Positions 39,971 to 49,683 of a DNA stretch of 64,000 nucleotides are shown here, piece by piece. Within the stretch, counting starts at the first letter, position 1. Each line of letters starts with the position of its first letter. The translations under genes and the position numbers were made by a program. The stretch is taken from NCBI GenBank assembly GCA_041687695.1, contig JAWLBL010000002.1, positions 230,761 to 294,760 of the forward strand, written 5' to 3'. The notes beneath the pieces are model-generated. The model had not been told where the DNA came from. It saw only the letters and a program-made list of their open reading frames with translations, and ran no database searches. This DNA is from Myxococcota bacterium (lineage in GTDB: Bacteria > Myxococcota_A > UBA9042 > PHBI01 > JAWLBL01).

Positions 39971-41073
39971 CGCGCGCGGGCGATGGCGTCGGGCAGCACG
40001 GCGGCCAGCCGGTCGATCTCGACCACGTCCGTCGTGTGGCCCAGTGAGACGCGCACGACCCGGAAGCACTCGTCGGGGCCGAGGCCCATCGCGGTCAGCA
40101 CCCGCGAGGGCTTGAGCGTCCCCGAGTGGCAGGCGCTGCCGGTCGACACCGCGATGCCGGCCCGATCGAGGCGGCCGACCACGGCCTCGGCCTCGACCCC
40201 TTCGGGCAGCAGCAGGCTGATGGTGTTGGGCAGCCGCGGGGCGCCGCGCCCGATGACGCGGGCGCCCGGCAGCTCCGCGAGCAGCGCCTCCTCGAGCCGG
40301 TCGCGCAGGGCCTGCACGCGGTGGGCCTCGTGCGCTCGGTCGACCCTCACCTGCGCGACCGCCGCGCCGAAGCCCGCGATGGCCGGCAGCGGCTCGGTCC
40401 CGCCGCGTAGGCCCCGCTCCTGCCCGCCGCCGAAGATCAGCGGGAGCACCGGCGCGTCGGTCGGCGTCACCAGCGCGCCCACGCCCTTGGGTCCGCCCAG
40501 CTTGTGGGCCGTCACCACCAGGTAGTCGGGCGCGAAGTCGATGGGCAGCCGCCCGGCCCACTGCACGGCGTCGACCAGCAGCGGCACCTCGCGCTCGCGC
40601 ATCGCCCGGGTCAGCTCGGCGACCGGCTGCAGCAGCCCCGTCTCGTTGTTCGCCGCCATGACGATGACCAGCGCCGGCGCCTCGCCCCGCTCGACCTCGG
40701 CCACCACGTGCGCCACGTCCACCGCGCCGTCGGCGCCCACCGGCAGCACCTCGACCCGCCGGTCCGGCCGCGCCTCGAGCGCCGCCCACACCGCCGGATG
40801 CTCGACCGCGCTGACCAGCACCCGCCCCGGCCCCGCCGAGTGGATCGCCTGGTTGAGCGCCTCGGTCGCCCCGCTCGTGAAGACCACCTGCTCGGGCCGC
40901 GCCCCGGCCAGCTCGGCCAGTGTCCGCCGCGCCTCGTCCAGCACCGCCCGCGCCTGGCGCCCGGCCTTGTGCGCGCTCGACGGGTTGCCCCACGCGCCCT
41001 CGAGCGCGGCCACCATCGCGGCCTTGGCCTCGTCGAGCAGCGGCGTCGTCGCGTTGTGGTCGAGGTAGATCAC
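39967..41073 (-). CDS. Cysteine desulfurase (IscS/NifS family)
   Basis: IYLDHNATTP, GNPSS, FTSGATE, ANNETG, AHKLGGPKG, TGSACHSG. Confidence 0.93.
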   Translation of the reverse strand: MIYLDHNATTPLLDEAKAAMVAALEGAWGNPSSAHKAGRQARAVLDEARRTLAELAGARPEQVVFTSGATEALNQAIHSAGPGRVLVSAVEHPAVWAALEARPDRRVEVLPVGADGAVDVAHVVAEVERGEAPALVIVMAANNETGLLQPVAELTRAMREREVPLLVDAVQWAGRLPIDFAPDYLVVTAHKLGGPKGVGALVTPTDAPVLPLIFGGGQERGLRGGTEPLPAIAGFGAAVAQVRVDRAHEAHRVQALRDRLEEALLAELPGARVIGRGAPRLPNTISLLLPEGVEAEAVVGRLDRAGIAVSTGSACHSGTLKPSRVLTAMGLGPDECFRVVRVSLGHTTDVVEIDRLAAVLPDAIARAR

Positions 41074-41099
41074 CAGGGGCCCTCCCGGGGGCGACGGGG

Positions 41100-42158
41100 T
41101 CAGCGGATGCGGATCGGCACGCCGAACGTGTCGCCGCGCGTGCCGATCTCAAGCGCCGACGTTCGATCGGAGACGGCGCCGAGGATCTTCTCCCACCCGC
41201 GGCCGCCCTTGGCGAGGATCGTGACCTGACCGTCGGCGATCTTGGTGTTGAGGCAGTGGGCGATGCGCCCGTCGGGATCGTGGTAGTTCACGCCGACGAA
41301 GCGCTCGGGCGGCGCCGTGAAGGTCGCCTCGAGGCGCCGGTCGCCCGCGGTCGCGCGCAGGCTCCAGGAGAGCCCCTCGGGCCGGCTGCGCGTGCCGACG
41401 AGCTGCGCGAAGCCGTTGAAGTCCAGGCGCTCGCCCGGGATGCGGGCGTGCACCACCGTCAGCAGCGGCGAGGTGATGGGCCCGAACTTCACCTTGGACG
41501 TGACCGCCTCGACCACCACGCCGTCGCAGCCCTCCCAGGCGTTGCAGTGCGCCCAGGTCCAGAACTCGGCCTGCTGCCGCCCCCAGTTGTGCCCCAGCAT
41601 GCCGGGCGCCCCCGACACCGGCACCCGCCGGCCCGCCACCTCGACCCAGCCCTCGAAGCGGCTGTCGATCTGCGGCGACGTCGCCTTGGTCTTCGGCACC
41701 GGCCCCTCGTACATCCACGCCGCGGGCAGGTGTCGGAAGCCTTCGTGCTCGGTCGTGTAGCTCAGGTCCCACGCGACGCGCTGGCCCGTCCGCTCGTCCT
41801 CGAGCGCCCCGGCCGTCCGCCCCTGCGCCCACTCGACGCCGCCCACCTTGGCGTACAGGCAGTCCCGCTCGATGTGCGCCTCGGACACCGGCCAGCTGGA
41901 CTTCAGCGCGACGTGCTCGCCGTCCGGGCCCAGCCCGAAGGCGATGGCCCACGCCTCGATGACCGTGTCGGGCCGCGCGCCGACCCGCCGCAGCAGCGTC
42001 AGCTTCAGCCACACGGCCCGCCCCTCGGGCAGGTTCAGCTTCACGAACAGGCTCTCGACGTGGCCGTGCGTGTCGCCCGGGCGCCAGCGCACGAGCGCGT
42101 CCTGCTCGGCCGGGGTCAGGTGCGTCGCGGCGTGGGCCGCGGCCGATGCCGTCCTCAT
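41100..42158 (-). CDS. Tocopherol cyclase/AttH-like beta-rich protein
   Basis: GHVESLFVKLN, GMLGHNWG, WTWAHCNAW, YHDPDG...CLN. Confidence 0.6.
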   Translation of the reverse strand: MRTASAAAHAATHLTPAEQDALVRWRPGDTHGHVESLFVKLNLPEGRAVWLKLTLLRRVGARPDTVIEAWAIAFGLGPDGEHVALKSSWPVSEAHIERDCLYAKVGGVEWAQGRTAGALEDERTGQRVAWDLSYTTEHEGFRHLPAAWMYEGPVPKTKATSPQIDSRFEGWVEVAGRRVPVSGAPGMLGHNWGRQQAEFWTWAHCNAWEGCDGVVVEAVTSKVKFGPITSPLLTVVHARIPGERLDFNGFAQLVGTRSRPEGLSWSLRATAGDRRLEATFTAPPERFVGVNYHDPDGRIAHCLNTKIADGQVTILAKGGRGWEKILGAVSDRTSALEIGTRGDTFGVPIRIR

Positions 42159-42205
42159 GGGCTGCCTCCGCGCGGGCGGGTTCGAACCGGGGGGAGGCGC
42201 GCTGC

Positions 42206-43648
42206 TTACCGCGCCCGGCGCCGGACGCCAAGGGCGAAGCCGACCAGCAGACACAGCGCCCAGCCGAGCGCGCCCGCCGGGCCCCCGCCGCCCGCGCAGC
42301 CGTCGTCGGCCTGCTTGCCGCGGTTCGTCCCCTCGTCGAGCGCGACGTCGTCCGCGCCCTTGCTGTCCCCCTCGCCGTCCGGCGTCGGGCCCACGTCGGC
42401 GCCAGCGTCCGGCTCGGTCGGCCCCGCGTCGGGCTCGGGCTCGGGCTCGGGCTCGGGCGGGAAGCACCCGCCGGTGGGCTTGTCGGCCGAGTACTGGTGG
42501 CACTCGTACCCCGCCGGGCAGGTGTCCGGGTCGTCCACCTGGCACACCACCGTGCAGGCCTTCTTGTCACCCAGCGGCGTGGGCAGGCACAGCTTGCCGT
42601 CCGTGCACACGTCGGACGACGCGCACCCGAGCGGCCCCTCGCCGGGCTGCACGATGACGCCCGAGTCGGGCAGGCAGGCGCCCCACTTGGGGTGCGACTG
42701 GAACGGCCGGCAGGTGAACCCGTCCGGGCAGTCGGGCGAGGCCGACAGGCAATACTTGGCGCAGACGTAGCCGCCCGCCTGCTCCCAAGGCTGGCAGTAG
42801 TAGTCGCCGACGCAGTTCTCGTCGACCTCGCAGGCCTCGCCGATGTTGGCGATGCCCTGCTTGACCCAGGCGATGGCTCCGCAGGTGCCGGACTCGGCCA
42901 CGCAGGTCATCTGCCCCGAGTAGTACTCGTCGCCGTTGGCGTCGCGCGACATGATGTGGGGGCACTCGTCGTCGGACGCGCAGGCCAGCTCGCCCTGGGC
43001 GGGGTACAGGTAACAGGCGGCCATCTCGTCGTCGAAGTGGAGGTCTCGCGACTGCCCGTGGATGTTGGGCGTCATGGTCGGCACGTCGCCCCAGGGTGGG
43101 TACAGGAGGCTGTGCTGGACCCCGATCATGTGGCCGATCTCGTGGACCGCCACCGCCTCGAGGTCGGTCGTCCCCTGGCCGCCGCCGATCGACCACGTCT
43201 GCAGGTAGCCGTTGAAGGCGATGTCGGCCTCGTAGATCTGGCCACCGCTGCCGTGCAGCGGGGCGGTCACGCCGAGCGTGTTCTTGCCGAAGGTCCAGGC
43301 GGCGTCCTCGAGGAAGACCAGCTCGTTCTTGCCGTTGGGCGCGGCCCCGGCGAGCAGGTTCACCTTGGGGTTGGGCGCGTCGCCCAGCTCCTCGAAGGTG
43401 ACGTCGGCGCACGCGACGTCGGCCCAGCTGGCGAAGCCGGCGCGGACGGCGGCCAGGCAGACCTCGGGCTCGAGGTCGTCCGAGCACGCGAGCTGCAGGT
43501 GGTAGACGACCTCGGGGGTCGGCCAGCGCACCACCGAGCCGTCGGAGGCCAGGTTGACGGCGTACGCGTGCGCCCGCGGGGCGTGCGCGAGGAGGGCCAG
43601 CGCGGCGCAGGCGACGGCGCAGGCGAGCGGAGCGGCAGAGCGGTTCAT
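42206..43648 (-). CDS. Matrixin (M10-like) zinc metalloprotease with Cys-rich region and MYXO-CTERM-like tag
   Basis: Signal AHA-Y; EADIAFN, HEIGHMIGVQHS, PTM Met-turn; C-terminus DDGCAGG...WALCLLVGFALGVRRRAR. Confidence 0.9.
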   Translation of the reverse strand: MNRSAAPLACAVACAALALLAHAPRAHAYAVNLASDGSVVRWPTPEVVYHLQLACSDDLEPEVCLAAVRAGFASWADVACADVTFEELGDAPNPKVNLLAGAAPNGKNELVFLEDAAWTFGKNTLGVTAPLHGSGGQIYEADIAFNGYLQTWSIGGGQGTTDLEAVAVHEIGHMIGVQHSLLYPPWGDVPTMTPNIHGQSRDLHFDDEMAACYLYPAQGELACASDDECPHIMSRDANGDEYYSGQMTCVAESGTCGAIAWVKQGIANIGEACEVDENCVGDYYCQPWEQAGGYVCAKYCLSASPDCPDGFTCRPFQSHPKWGACLPDSGVIVQPGEGPLGCASSDVCTDGKLCLPTPLGDKKACTVVCQVDDPDTCPAGYECHQYSADKPTGGCFPPEPEPEPEPDAGPTEPDAGADVGPTPDGEGDSKGADDVALDEGTNRGKQADDGCAGGGGPAGALGWALCLLVGFALGVRRRAR

Positions 43649-43858
43649 GGCGCGGCAGCGTAGCACGGGCGGCGCCGTCGACGCGATCGGGGCGGCCCGG
43701 TCCGGGTTCGAACTTTGGAACGATCCCCGCCGACGGCGCGGCTCGTCGGGCCGGGCGGCGCGGCGTCCGGGTCGCACCTCGGTGACGGCCGCCGCGGGTG
43801 TTGTGCCGGACGGCGCGCGTGTGCTAGCAAGCGCGCCGTGGACTCGGAGGCCCCAAGC

Positions 43859-46315
43859 GTGCGGAAACTCCTGACTTGTTTCGCGGTGATGGCGCTCGTG
43901 GCCCCCGCCTGCGCCGAGCGCCACGAGCCGCCGGTCACGGCCGGTCGGGACATCCGGCTCAGTATCCTGCACACGACCGACATCCACTCGCGCCTGCTGC
44001 CCTACGACATGCAGGTCCTCGCGGGCGACCGGGATCTCGGCCTGCACCCCGACCACGGGCCCTTCGGCGGCATCGCCCGCATGGCCCACATCATCCAGCG
44101 CGAGCGCGCCCGCGCCGCCCGCTCGATCTACGTCGACTCGGGCGACTGCTTCCAGGGCGCCCCCATCTTCAACGCCTTCCTGGGCGAGGCCGAGCAGCGC
44201 GCCCTGTCGCAGCTGCGCCCCGACGCGGTCGTCATCGGCAACCACGAGTTCGACGAGGGCATCAACAACTACGTCGCCCAGCTCAAGCAGTGGGCGACCT
44301 ACCCGGTCGTCGCCGCCAACTACCTCTTCGAGCCGGGCAACCCGCTGGGCGAGATCGCCAAGCCCGTCGAGATCATCAACGCCGACGGCCTGAAGATCGG
44401 CATCATCGGCATCGCCAACTTCTCGTCGATCACCTCGATCACCGAGGTCGGCAACTCGCTGGGCATCATCCCGCTCGAGATCACGCGCATCGTCCAGGAC
44501 TGGATCGACATCCTCGAGCCGCACGTCGACCTCATCGTCGCCGTCAGCCACGCCGGCCTCACCGAGGACGAGCGCATCATCCAGCAGACCCGCGGCCTCG
44601 ACATCATCATGGGCGGCCACCTGCACATCGTCCTGGCCCCGCCCAAGGTCGTCAAAGACCTGGACGGCCGCGACGTCATCCTGGCCCACTCCGGCGCCTT
44701 CGCGAAGTTCGTCGGCAAGCTCGACGTGGTCGTCCGCGACGGCGACGTCATCGCCCACGACTACGAGGTCTTCCCCATCGACAGCCGGGTCCCCGAGGAC
44801 CCGCAGATGCTGCAGCTCATCGAGCCCTATCGCCTCGAGCTCCACCAGCTCATCGATCTCCAGAGCGTCTACGGCTACGCGTCCAAGCTCATCCGCCGCT
44901 TCGGCTTCGACGGCGGCGACTCGCCCCTGGGCAACCTGGTCGCCGAGGCCATCCGCCAGTACGCCCGCGCCGACTTCGCGATGACCAACTCGCTGGGCAT
45001 CCGCACCGACCTCAACCCCGGCGCCGTCACCCTCGACCAGCTCTACAACATCTTCCCGTTCAACAACTACGTCACGACGATGTACCTGTCGGGCGCCGAC
45101 ATCCAGGAGCTGCTCGACTTCGTCACCCTGCGCTCGGCCGGCCGCGGCTGCGCCACCCAGGTGCAGGTCTCGGGCATCGAGTTCGTCATGGACTGCCGCT
45201 CCGCCCCGGCGGACTGCACCAAGGACTGCCCGCCCCGCGCGACCGACATCTTCTTCACCGACTGCGGCGACCCGACGGTGGTCGACAAGACCGGCTGCGC
45301 GCGCATCCCGCTCGACCACGACGCCGTCTACGAGATGGCCACCAACGACTACATCGCGCGCGGCGGGTCGGGCTTCACGGTCCTGCAGATCAACAACACG
45401 CAGGTCATCACCGACGTGGCGCTGCGCGACGCCGTGCTCGAGCGGGTCATCCGCAGCCCGATGTGCGTCGAGGACTGCCGACGCGCCGACGGGTCGCTGC
45501 TGCTCGAGGGCTGCGTGGCCTACGAGTCGTGCGTGGGCGAGGTCGCCGACTTCTACGCGCGGCGCTGCGAGGGCGCGACCGACACGGCGCCCCAGCGGCT
45601 CGACCCGGTCTCGTTCTGCGGCGTGGATCTCGGCGGCAGCTGCGCGGCGACGATGGACTGCTACGCGCACGACGGCTGCACCGCCGAGACCTGCACGCCG
45701 TGCAAGAACACCGCGCAGTGCGCCGCGGCGGGCGAGGGGCTGGCCTGCGTCGGCGGCTTCTGCCGGCCCGAGGGCGTGGCCTGCGTGTCGCGTCGCTGCC
45801 AGCGGACCTGCGCGGTCGACGCCGACTGCCCGGGGGCGGCGCTGGCCGAGGCGACCGGACAGGCCGTGTGCGTCGGTGGCGTCTGCCAGCCGCGGCCGGG
45901 CGCGCCGTGCGACGACGATCGCGCCTGCGTCGACGCCGAGCTGGTCTGCGCCGGCGACCGCTGCAGCCCCTGCCAGGGCTCGTGGGACTGCGGAGATGGC
46001 GAGCTGTGCGTCGACGGGGCGTGCGTCGTCTCGCTGGCCATCTGCGCCGACCACCGCTGCCGCACGCGCTGCGAGGCCGACGCCGAGTGCATGCCCGGCG
46101 AGGTCTGCGCCGAGCCCGGCCTGTGCGTCCCGGCGACCTGCGTCGGCGGGCAGGACCCCCAGACGGCCTGCGAGATCTACGGGGCGTGGCGCGCCGCCGA
46201 GCGCTGCCTGACCGTCCCCTGCCCGTCGGCCGAGTCCGACGGGCGCATCGGGCGCATCCTCCCCGAGAACCTCGAGGAGCTGCCCACCGACGGCAACCCG
46301 GACGACCCGCTGTGA
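43859..46315 (+). CDS. Bifunctional metallophosphatase/5'-nucleotidase lipoprotein with Cys-rich C-terminal extension
   Basis: GTG after GGAGG; lipobox APAC; HTTDIHS, DSGDCFQG, GNHEFD, GGHLH, LGNLVAEA, FPFNN, ATNDYIARGGSGF. Confidence 0.9.
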   Translation: MRKLLTCFAVMALVAPACAERHEPPVTAGRDIRLSILHTTDIHSRLLPYDMQVLAGDRDLGLHPDHGPFGGIARMAHIIQRERARAARSIYVDSGDCFQGAPIFNAFLGEAEQRALSQLRPDAVVIGNHEFDEGINNYVAQLKQWATYPVVAANYLFEPGNPLGEIAKPVEIINADGLKIGIIGIANFSSITSITEVGNSLGIIPLEITRIVQDWIDILEPHVDLIVAVSHAGLTEDERIIQQTRGLDIIMGGHLHIVLAPPKVVKDLDGRDVILAHSGAFAKFVGKLDVVVRDGDVIAHDYEVFPIDSRVPEDPQMLQLIEPYRLELHQLIDLQSVYGYASKLIRRFGFDGGDSPLGNLVAEAIRQYARADFAMTNSLGIRTDLNPGAVTLDQLYNIFPFNNYVTTMYLSGADIQELLDFVTLRSAGRGCATQVQVSGIEFVMDCRSAPADCTKDCPPRATDIFFTDCGDPTVVDKTGCARIPLDHDAVYEMATNDYIARGGSGFTVLQINNTQVITDVALRDAVLERVIRSPMCVEDCRRADGSLLLEGCVAYESCVGEVADFYARRCEGATDTAPQRLDPVSFCGVDLGGSCAATMDCYAHDGCTAETCTPCKNTAQCAAAGEGLACVGGFCRPEGVACVSRRCQRTCAVDADCPGAALAEATGQAVCVGGVCQPRPGAPCDDDRACVDAELVCAGDRCSPCQGSWDCGDGELCVDGACVVSLAICADHRCRTRCEADAECMPGEVCAEPGLCVPATCVGGQDPQTACEIYGAWRAAERCLTVPCPSAESDGRIGRILPENLEELPTDGNPDDPL

Positions 46316-46365
46316 GCGCCGCCGGCCCCGCCCCCACCCCCGCCGCCACGCTCGGAGGCGCCCTC

Positions 46366-47877
46366 ATGCGTTCGGCGCTGCTGTCCACGCTGGCCCTCGC
46401 CTTCGCCGCCAGTGGCTGCGTCGAGGAGCACCCGCTCGTCAACGATCTGATGAGCTTCGAGGTGACCTTCGCCGCGTCGCGCCCCGACCAGCCGACCGGG
46501 GCGCCGGGCGCGCCGCTGGCCTACGTCGCCGGGACCTCGTGCGCCCCGAGCTGCGCCGACGGCCAGGTGTGCGTCGGCGGCCAGTGCGCCTGGGAGGTCC
46601 TGCTGGACGTGCAGGCCATCGGGCGCGACGGCCACCCCTTCCCGTACCGCGGCCCGGTGCACGTGCGCACGACGCCGGGCATCGTGGTCGGCGCGACCGA
46701 CGTGATGATGATGGACGGCGGCCGCCTCGAGGGCGTCGCGGTGCACATCGCGCAGGGCCTCGGGCCCACCCACGTCTGGTTCGAGGCCGACGGCTTCCAG
46801 CCCAAGGGCCAGGACTACGGTCAGTGCAACGACGGCATCGACAACGACGGCAACGGGCTCATCGACCTCGCCGACCCGGGCTGCTCGGGCGCCGACGACG
46901 ACCTCGAGGCGCCCGTCACCCTGTCGACCGGCGTGTCGCCGACCCTGTTCTTCGACGACCCCACCGTCCGCGACGTCCAGTTCACCTCGCTGCTGTCGAC
47001 CAGCCCGCTGGTCGGCCGCCAGGTCCGCGTCAGCAAGGGCACGCTGGTCGTGACGAACGTCGTCTCGAACGGCTTCTACGTCGCCGATCTCCGCGACAAC
47101 ACGCCCGAGCGCCTGTTCAACGCGATGTTCGTCTTCACCTTCTCCAAGCCCGAGGGCGTCGACTACGGCGATCACCTGTGCGGCTTCTCGGGCGCCGTGC
47201 AGGAGCACGTCGGCCAGACGCAGGTCGTCTTCCCCAGCTACGAGCTGTACTACCCGTCCAACCCGGCCTGCGAGGACTTCGACGGCCTCGATCCCAAGGC
47301 CAAGGTCCCCGATCCCTGGCCGGTCACCGAGCTCCTGCTGCCCGAGGACCCCACCTCCGGCAACTATCTCACCAACGTCTACGCCAACAGCCGCCTGCTC
47401 GAGGCCTACGAGGGCAACCTCGTGACCTACAGCGACGTCGAGGTCTCGACCCGCTTCATCGCCTGCGACAAGAACGGCAACGGCCGCATCGACAGCGGCA
47501 CCCCCGAGTTCGCCTGCCGCAAGGCGTGCCAGGAGGAGCCGCTGTGCTCGGACCTCGAGGGCTACTTCGAGTACGCGCAGTACGCGGGGATGACCGGCGG
47601 CAAGAAGAAGATCTACGGCTCGCTGGTCCTCGCCGACAAGTTCAAGCCGCTGGACATCGGCTTCATCGGGGCCGAGGACGCCGGCGGCCGCTGCACCCTC
47701 GAGACCACCGAAGAGGGCTTCCTCCAGTACCTGTGCCCGCCCGTGACCCTCGAGTCGCTGACCGGCTCGCTGCGCCACATCTACCTGTGCGGCGCCGGCA
47801 GCGACGAGTCGCGCTGCAACCTGCAGTTCTGGGTCCTCGACCCCCGCTTCGACGGCGACGTGAAGGTCGCCGAGTGA
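46366..47877 (+). CDS. Lipoprotein with probable OB-fold domain
   Basis: GGAGG RBS; lipobox ASGC; CNDGIDNDGNGLIDLADPGC; VVTNVVSNGFYVAD...MFVF...GD...SGAVQEHVGQTQV resembles the OB domains of YhcR/ExeM-type nucleases. Confidence 0.68.
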   Translation: MRSALLSTLALAFAASGCVEEHPLVNDLMSFEVTFAASRPDQPTGAPGAPLAYVAGTSCAPSCADGQVCVGGQCAWEVLLDVQAIGRDGHPFPYRGPVHVRTTPGIVVGATDVMMMDGGRLEGVAVHIAQGLGPTHVWFEADGFQPKGQDYGQCNDGIDNDGNGLIDLADPGCSGADDDLEAPVTLSTGVSPTLFFDDPTVRDVQFTSLLSTSPLVGRQVRVSKGTLVVTNVVSNGFYVADLRDNTPERLFNAMFVFTFSKPEGVDYGDHLCGFSGAVQEHVGQTQVVFPSYELYYPSNPACEDFDGLDPKAKVPDPWPVTELLLPEDPTSGNYLTNVYANSRLLEAYEGNLVTYSDVEVSTRFIACDKNGNGRIDSGTPEFACRKACQEEPLCSDLEGYFEYAQYAGMTGGKKKIYGSLVLADKFKPLDIGFIGAEDAGGRCTLETTEEGFLQYLCPPVTLESLTGSLRHIYLCGAGSDESRCNLQFWVLDPRFDGDVKVAE

Positions 47878-47933
47878 TGACCGCATCCCCCGCGCCGCGG
47901 CCCCTCGTGCCCGGCCCAGCTGGAGCCCGCTTC

Positions 47934-49598
47934 ATGCGCCAGACCCTCGTCCGCTCGGTCCTCGCCGGCTGCCTCGCCGCCCTGGCGCCCGCCGCCCTCG
48001 CCCAGGAGCCGGCCGCCCACGCCGCCGCCGGCCCCACCGTCGCGGCCGCCGAGGGCGACCCGGACGGCTCGACCTTCGTGCGCGACGAGGCGACCCCCGA
48101 CTTCACCCCGAAGTCCATGCCGTCCGCCTTCGACAAGATCCTCATCCAGCTCAACTGGGGCGACGACAACCTGCTGCTCGGCGCCGGCGAGACCCGCGAG
48201 AGCAGCCCCGAGCCGAACTTCGGCCGCTGCGCCCGCACGCAGATCGACGGCATCCCGCGCCGCGACTGCTCGGCCGGCTCGAGCCGCCTCGGCCTGTACA
48301 AGAGCGTCGACATCGGCGACGGCCTGACCGCCACCGGCGCCCTCGTCATCGGCCTGGGCCTTGTCACCGACCCCGAGTCGTCCAAGGCCGGCTCGGTGAA
48401 CCTGTTCGACCTCGGCTCCTACGTCCGCCTGTCCAAGGGCTTCGGCGCCGAGCGACGCAACAGCCTGTACGCCGAGCTCTTCCCGGTCGACGCGCGCCCG
48501 ATGGTGCTGGGCTTCCACCCCGACCTCGAGTGGGGCACCAAGGACGAGTTCCCCAAGAACTTCCGCCGCGGCCAGGCGCCCGGCCTGCGCCTGGGCTTCG
48601 ACTCGCCCGGCTTCTATGCCTTCGTCGGCGCCAAGAGCGCGCTCATCAAGAGCCCGCTCGCGCGCGAGCTCGAGAACGAGGGCGGCAACACCATCCTGTT
48701 CTCGACCCGCACCTTCTACGGCTTCCTCGGCGGCTTCGGCGTCGGCGGCCAGGAGGGCCTGACCCTCGAGGCCAACGGCGGCTTCTTCCACAAGGGCACG
48801 CTCACCAAGGAGGGCGTGCTGGGCGACGACATCCTGTCGGGCGGCGGCTCGGTGCGCCTGGCCTGGCAGCAGGGCGACCCCATCGGCCGCCGCATCGACA
48901 GCGGCCTGTATCAGCGCTCGGCGGTCGGCGCGCAGATCGTCACGCCCGAGACCTATGGTCTGAAGCCCGCCTGGAACGCCTCGGCCGAGGGCTCGCTGCG
49001 CGTGCAGTCGCTGGCCGACTTCGAGCGGCCCGAGTCGACCGCCCTCGAGTCGGCCTACGCCGGCCACGTCGGCTTCAAGATGAAGGTCGGCAAGACCCGC
49101 GCCTACTTCGAGGGGCGCGCCCGCTCGCTCACCTTCATCACCGCCGAGGTCCCGGGCTTCTTCCCCTACTCGACCCTGCCCGAGTCGGCCGAGACGACCC
49201 CCGAGCTGCAGGGCCTCGTGTCCGTCGACCACAAGCTGGGCGACGTCACCGTGGCCGTCACGGGCGGCCTGCGCATGCCGGCCATCTACCGCGGCCTGCC
49301 GGTGCAGGGCGGCGGCGACGACCCGGCCTCGGCCGGCATCCGCACGGTCGTCGTCTCGGACGCCGAAGCCGGCGGCTGGTACATCCTGCCCGAGGGGGAC
49401 GAGGAGGGCCTGGTCTTCTGGACCAAGCTCGGCGCCAAGTGGCAGCCGGTCACCGAGTTCGCCCTGCTGGGCGAGGTGCTGCTGGGCCGCGACCCGAACC
49501 GCACCCAGATCGAGCGCGACGCCTTCGGCCACGCCCTGCGCGTGTACACCGAGTCGAACGTGCTGGGCGTGAACGTCCTGGGGCAGTTCCTCTTCTGA
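47934..49598 (+). CDS. Putative outer-membrane beta-barrel protein
   Basis: Start 47934 (or 47877, overlapping the upstream stop); signal ALA-Q; many amphipathic strands; ends VLGQFLF. Confidence 0.72.
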   Translation: MRQTLVRSVLAGCLAALAPAALAQEPAAHAAAGPTVAAAEGDPDGSTFVRDEATPDFTPKSMPSAFDKILIQLNWGDDNLLLGAGETRESSPEPNFGRCARTQIDGIPRRDCSAGSSRLGLYKSVDIGDGLTATGALVIGLGLVTDPESSKAGSVNLFDLGSYVRLSKGFGAERRNSLYAELFPVDARPMVLGFHPDLEWGTKDEFPKNFRRGQAPGLRLGFDSPGFYAFVGAKSALIKSPLARELENEGGNTILFSTRTFYGFLGGFGVGGQEGLTLEANGGFFHKGTLTKEGVLGDDILSGGGSVRLAWQQGDPIGRRIDSGLYQRSAVGAQIVTPETYGLKPAWNASAEGSLRVQSLADFERPESTALESAYAGHVGFKMKVGKTRAYFEGRARSLTFITAEVPGFFPYSTLPESAETTPELQGLVSVDHKLGDVTVAVTGGLRMPAIYRGLPVQGGGDDPASAGIRTVVVSDAEAGGWYILPEGDEEGLVFWTKLGAKWQPVTEFALLGEVLLGRDPNRTQIERDAFGHALRVYTESNVLGVNVLGQFLF

Positions 49599-49683
49599 TT
49601 CCTCCGCCGACGCGCTCGCGGCCGCCCGGTTTGCGGCCGTGGGCGACGCGGCTACGCTCGTCGTCATCCTCAGGAGGCCGACG

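Noticed and set aside
39782..40525. Intact 247-aa acyl-AMP ligase gene
   Set aside because: Only the first ~63 codons resemble FAAL; the rest is antisense to the cysteine desulfurase.
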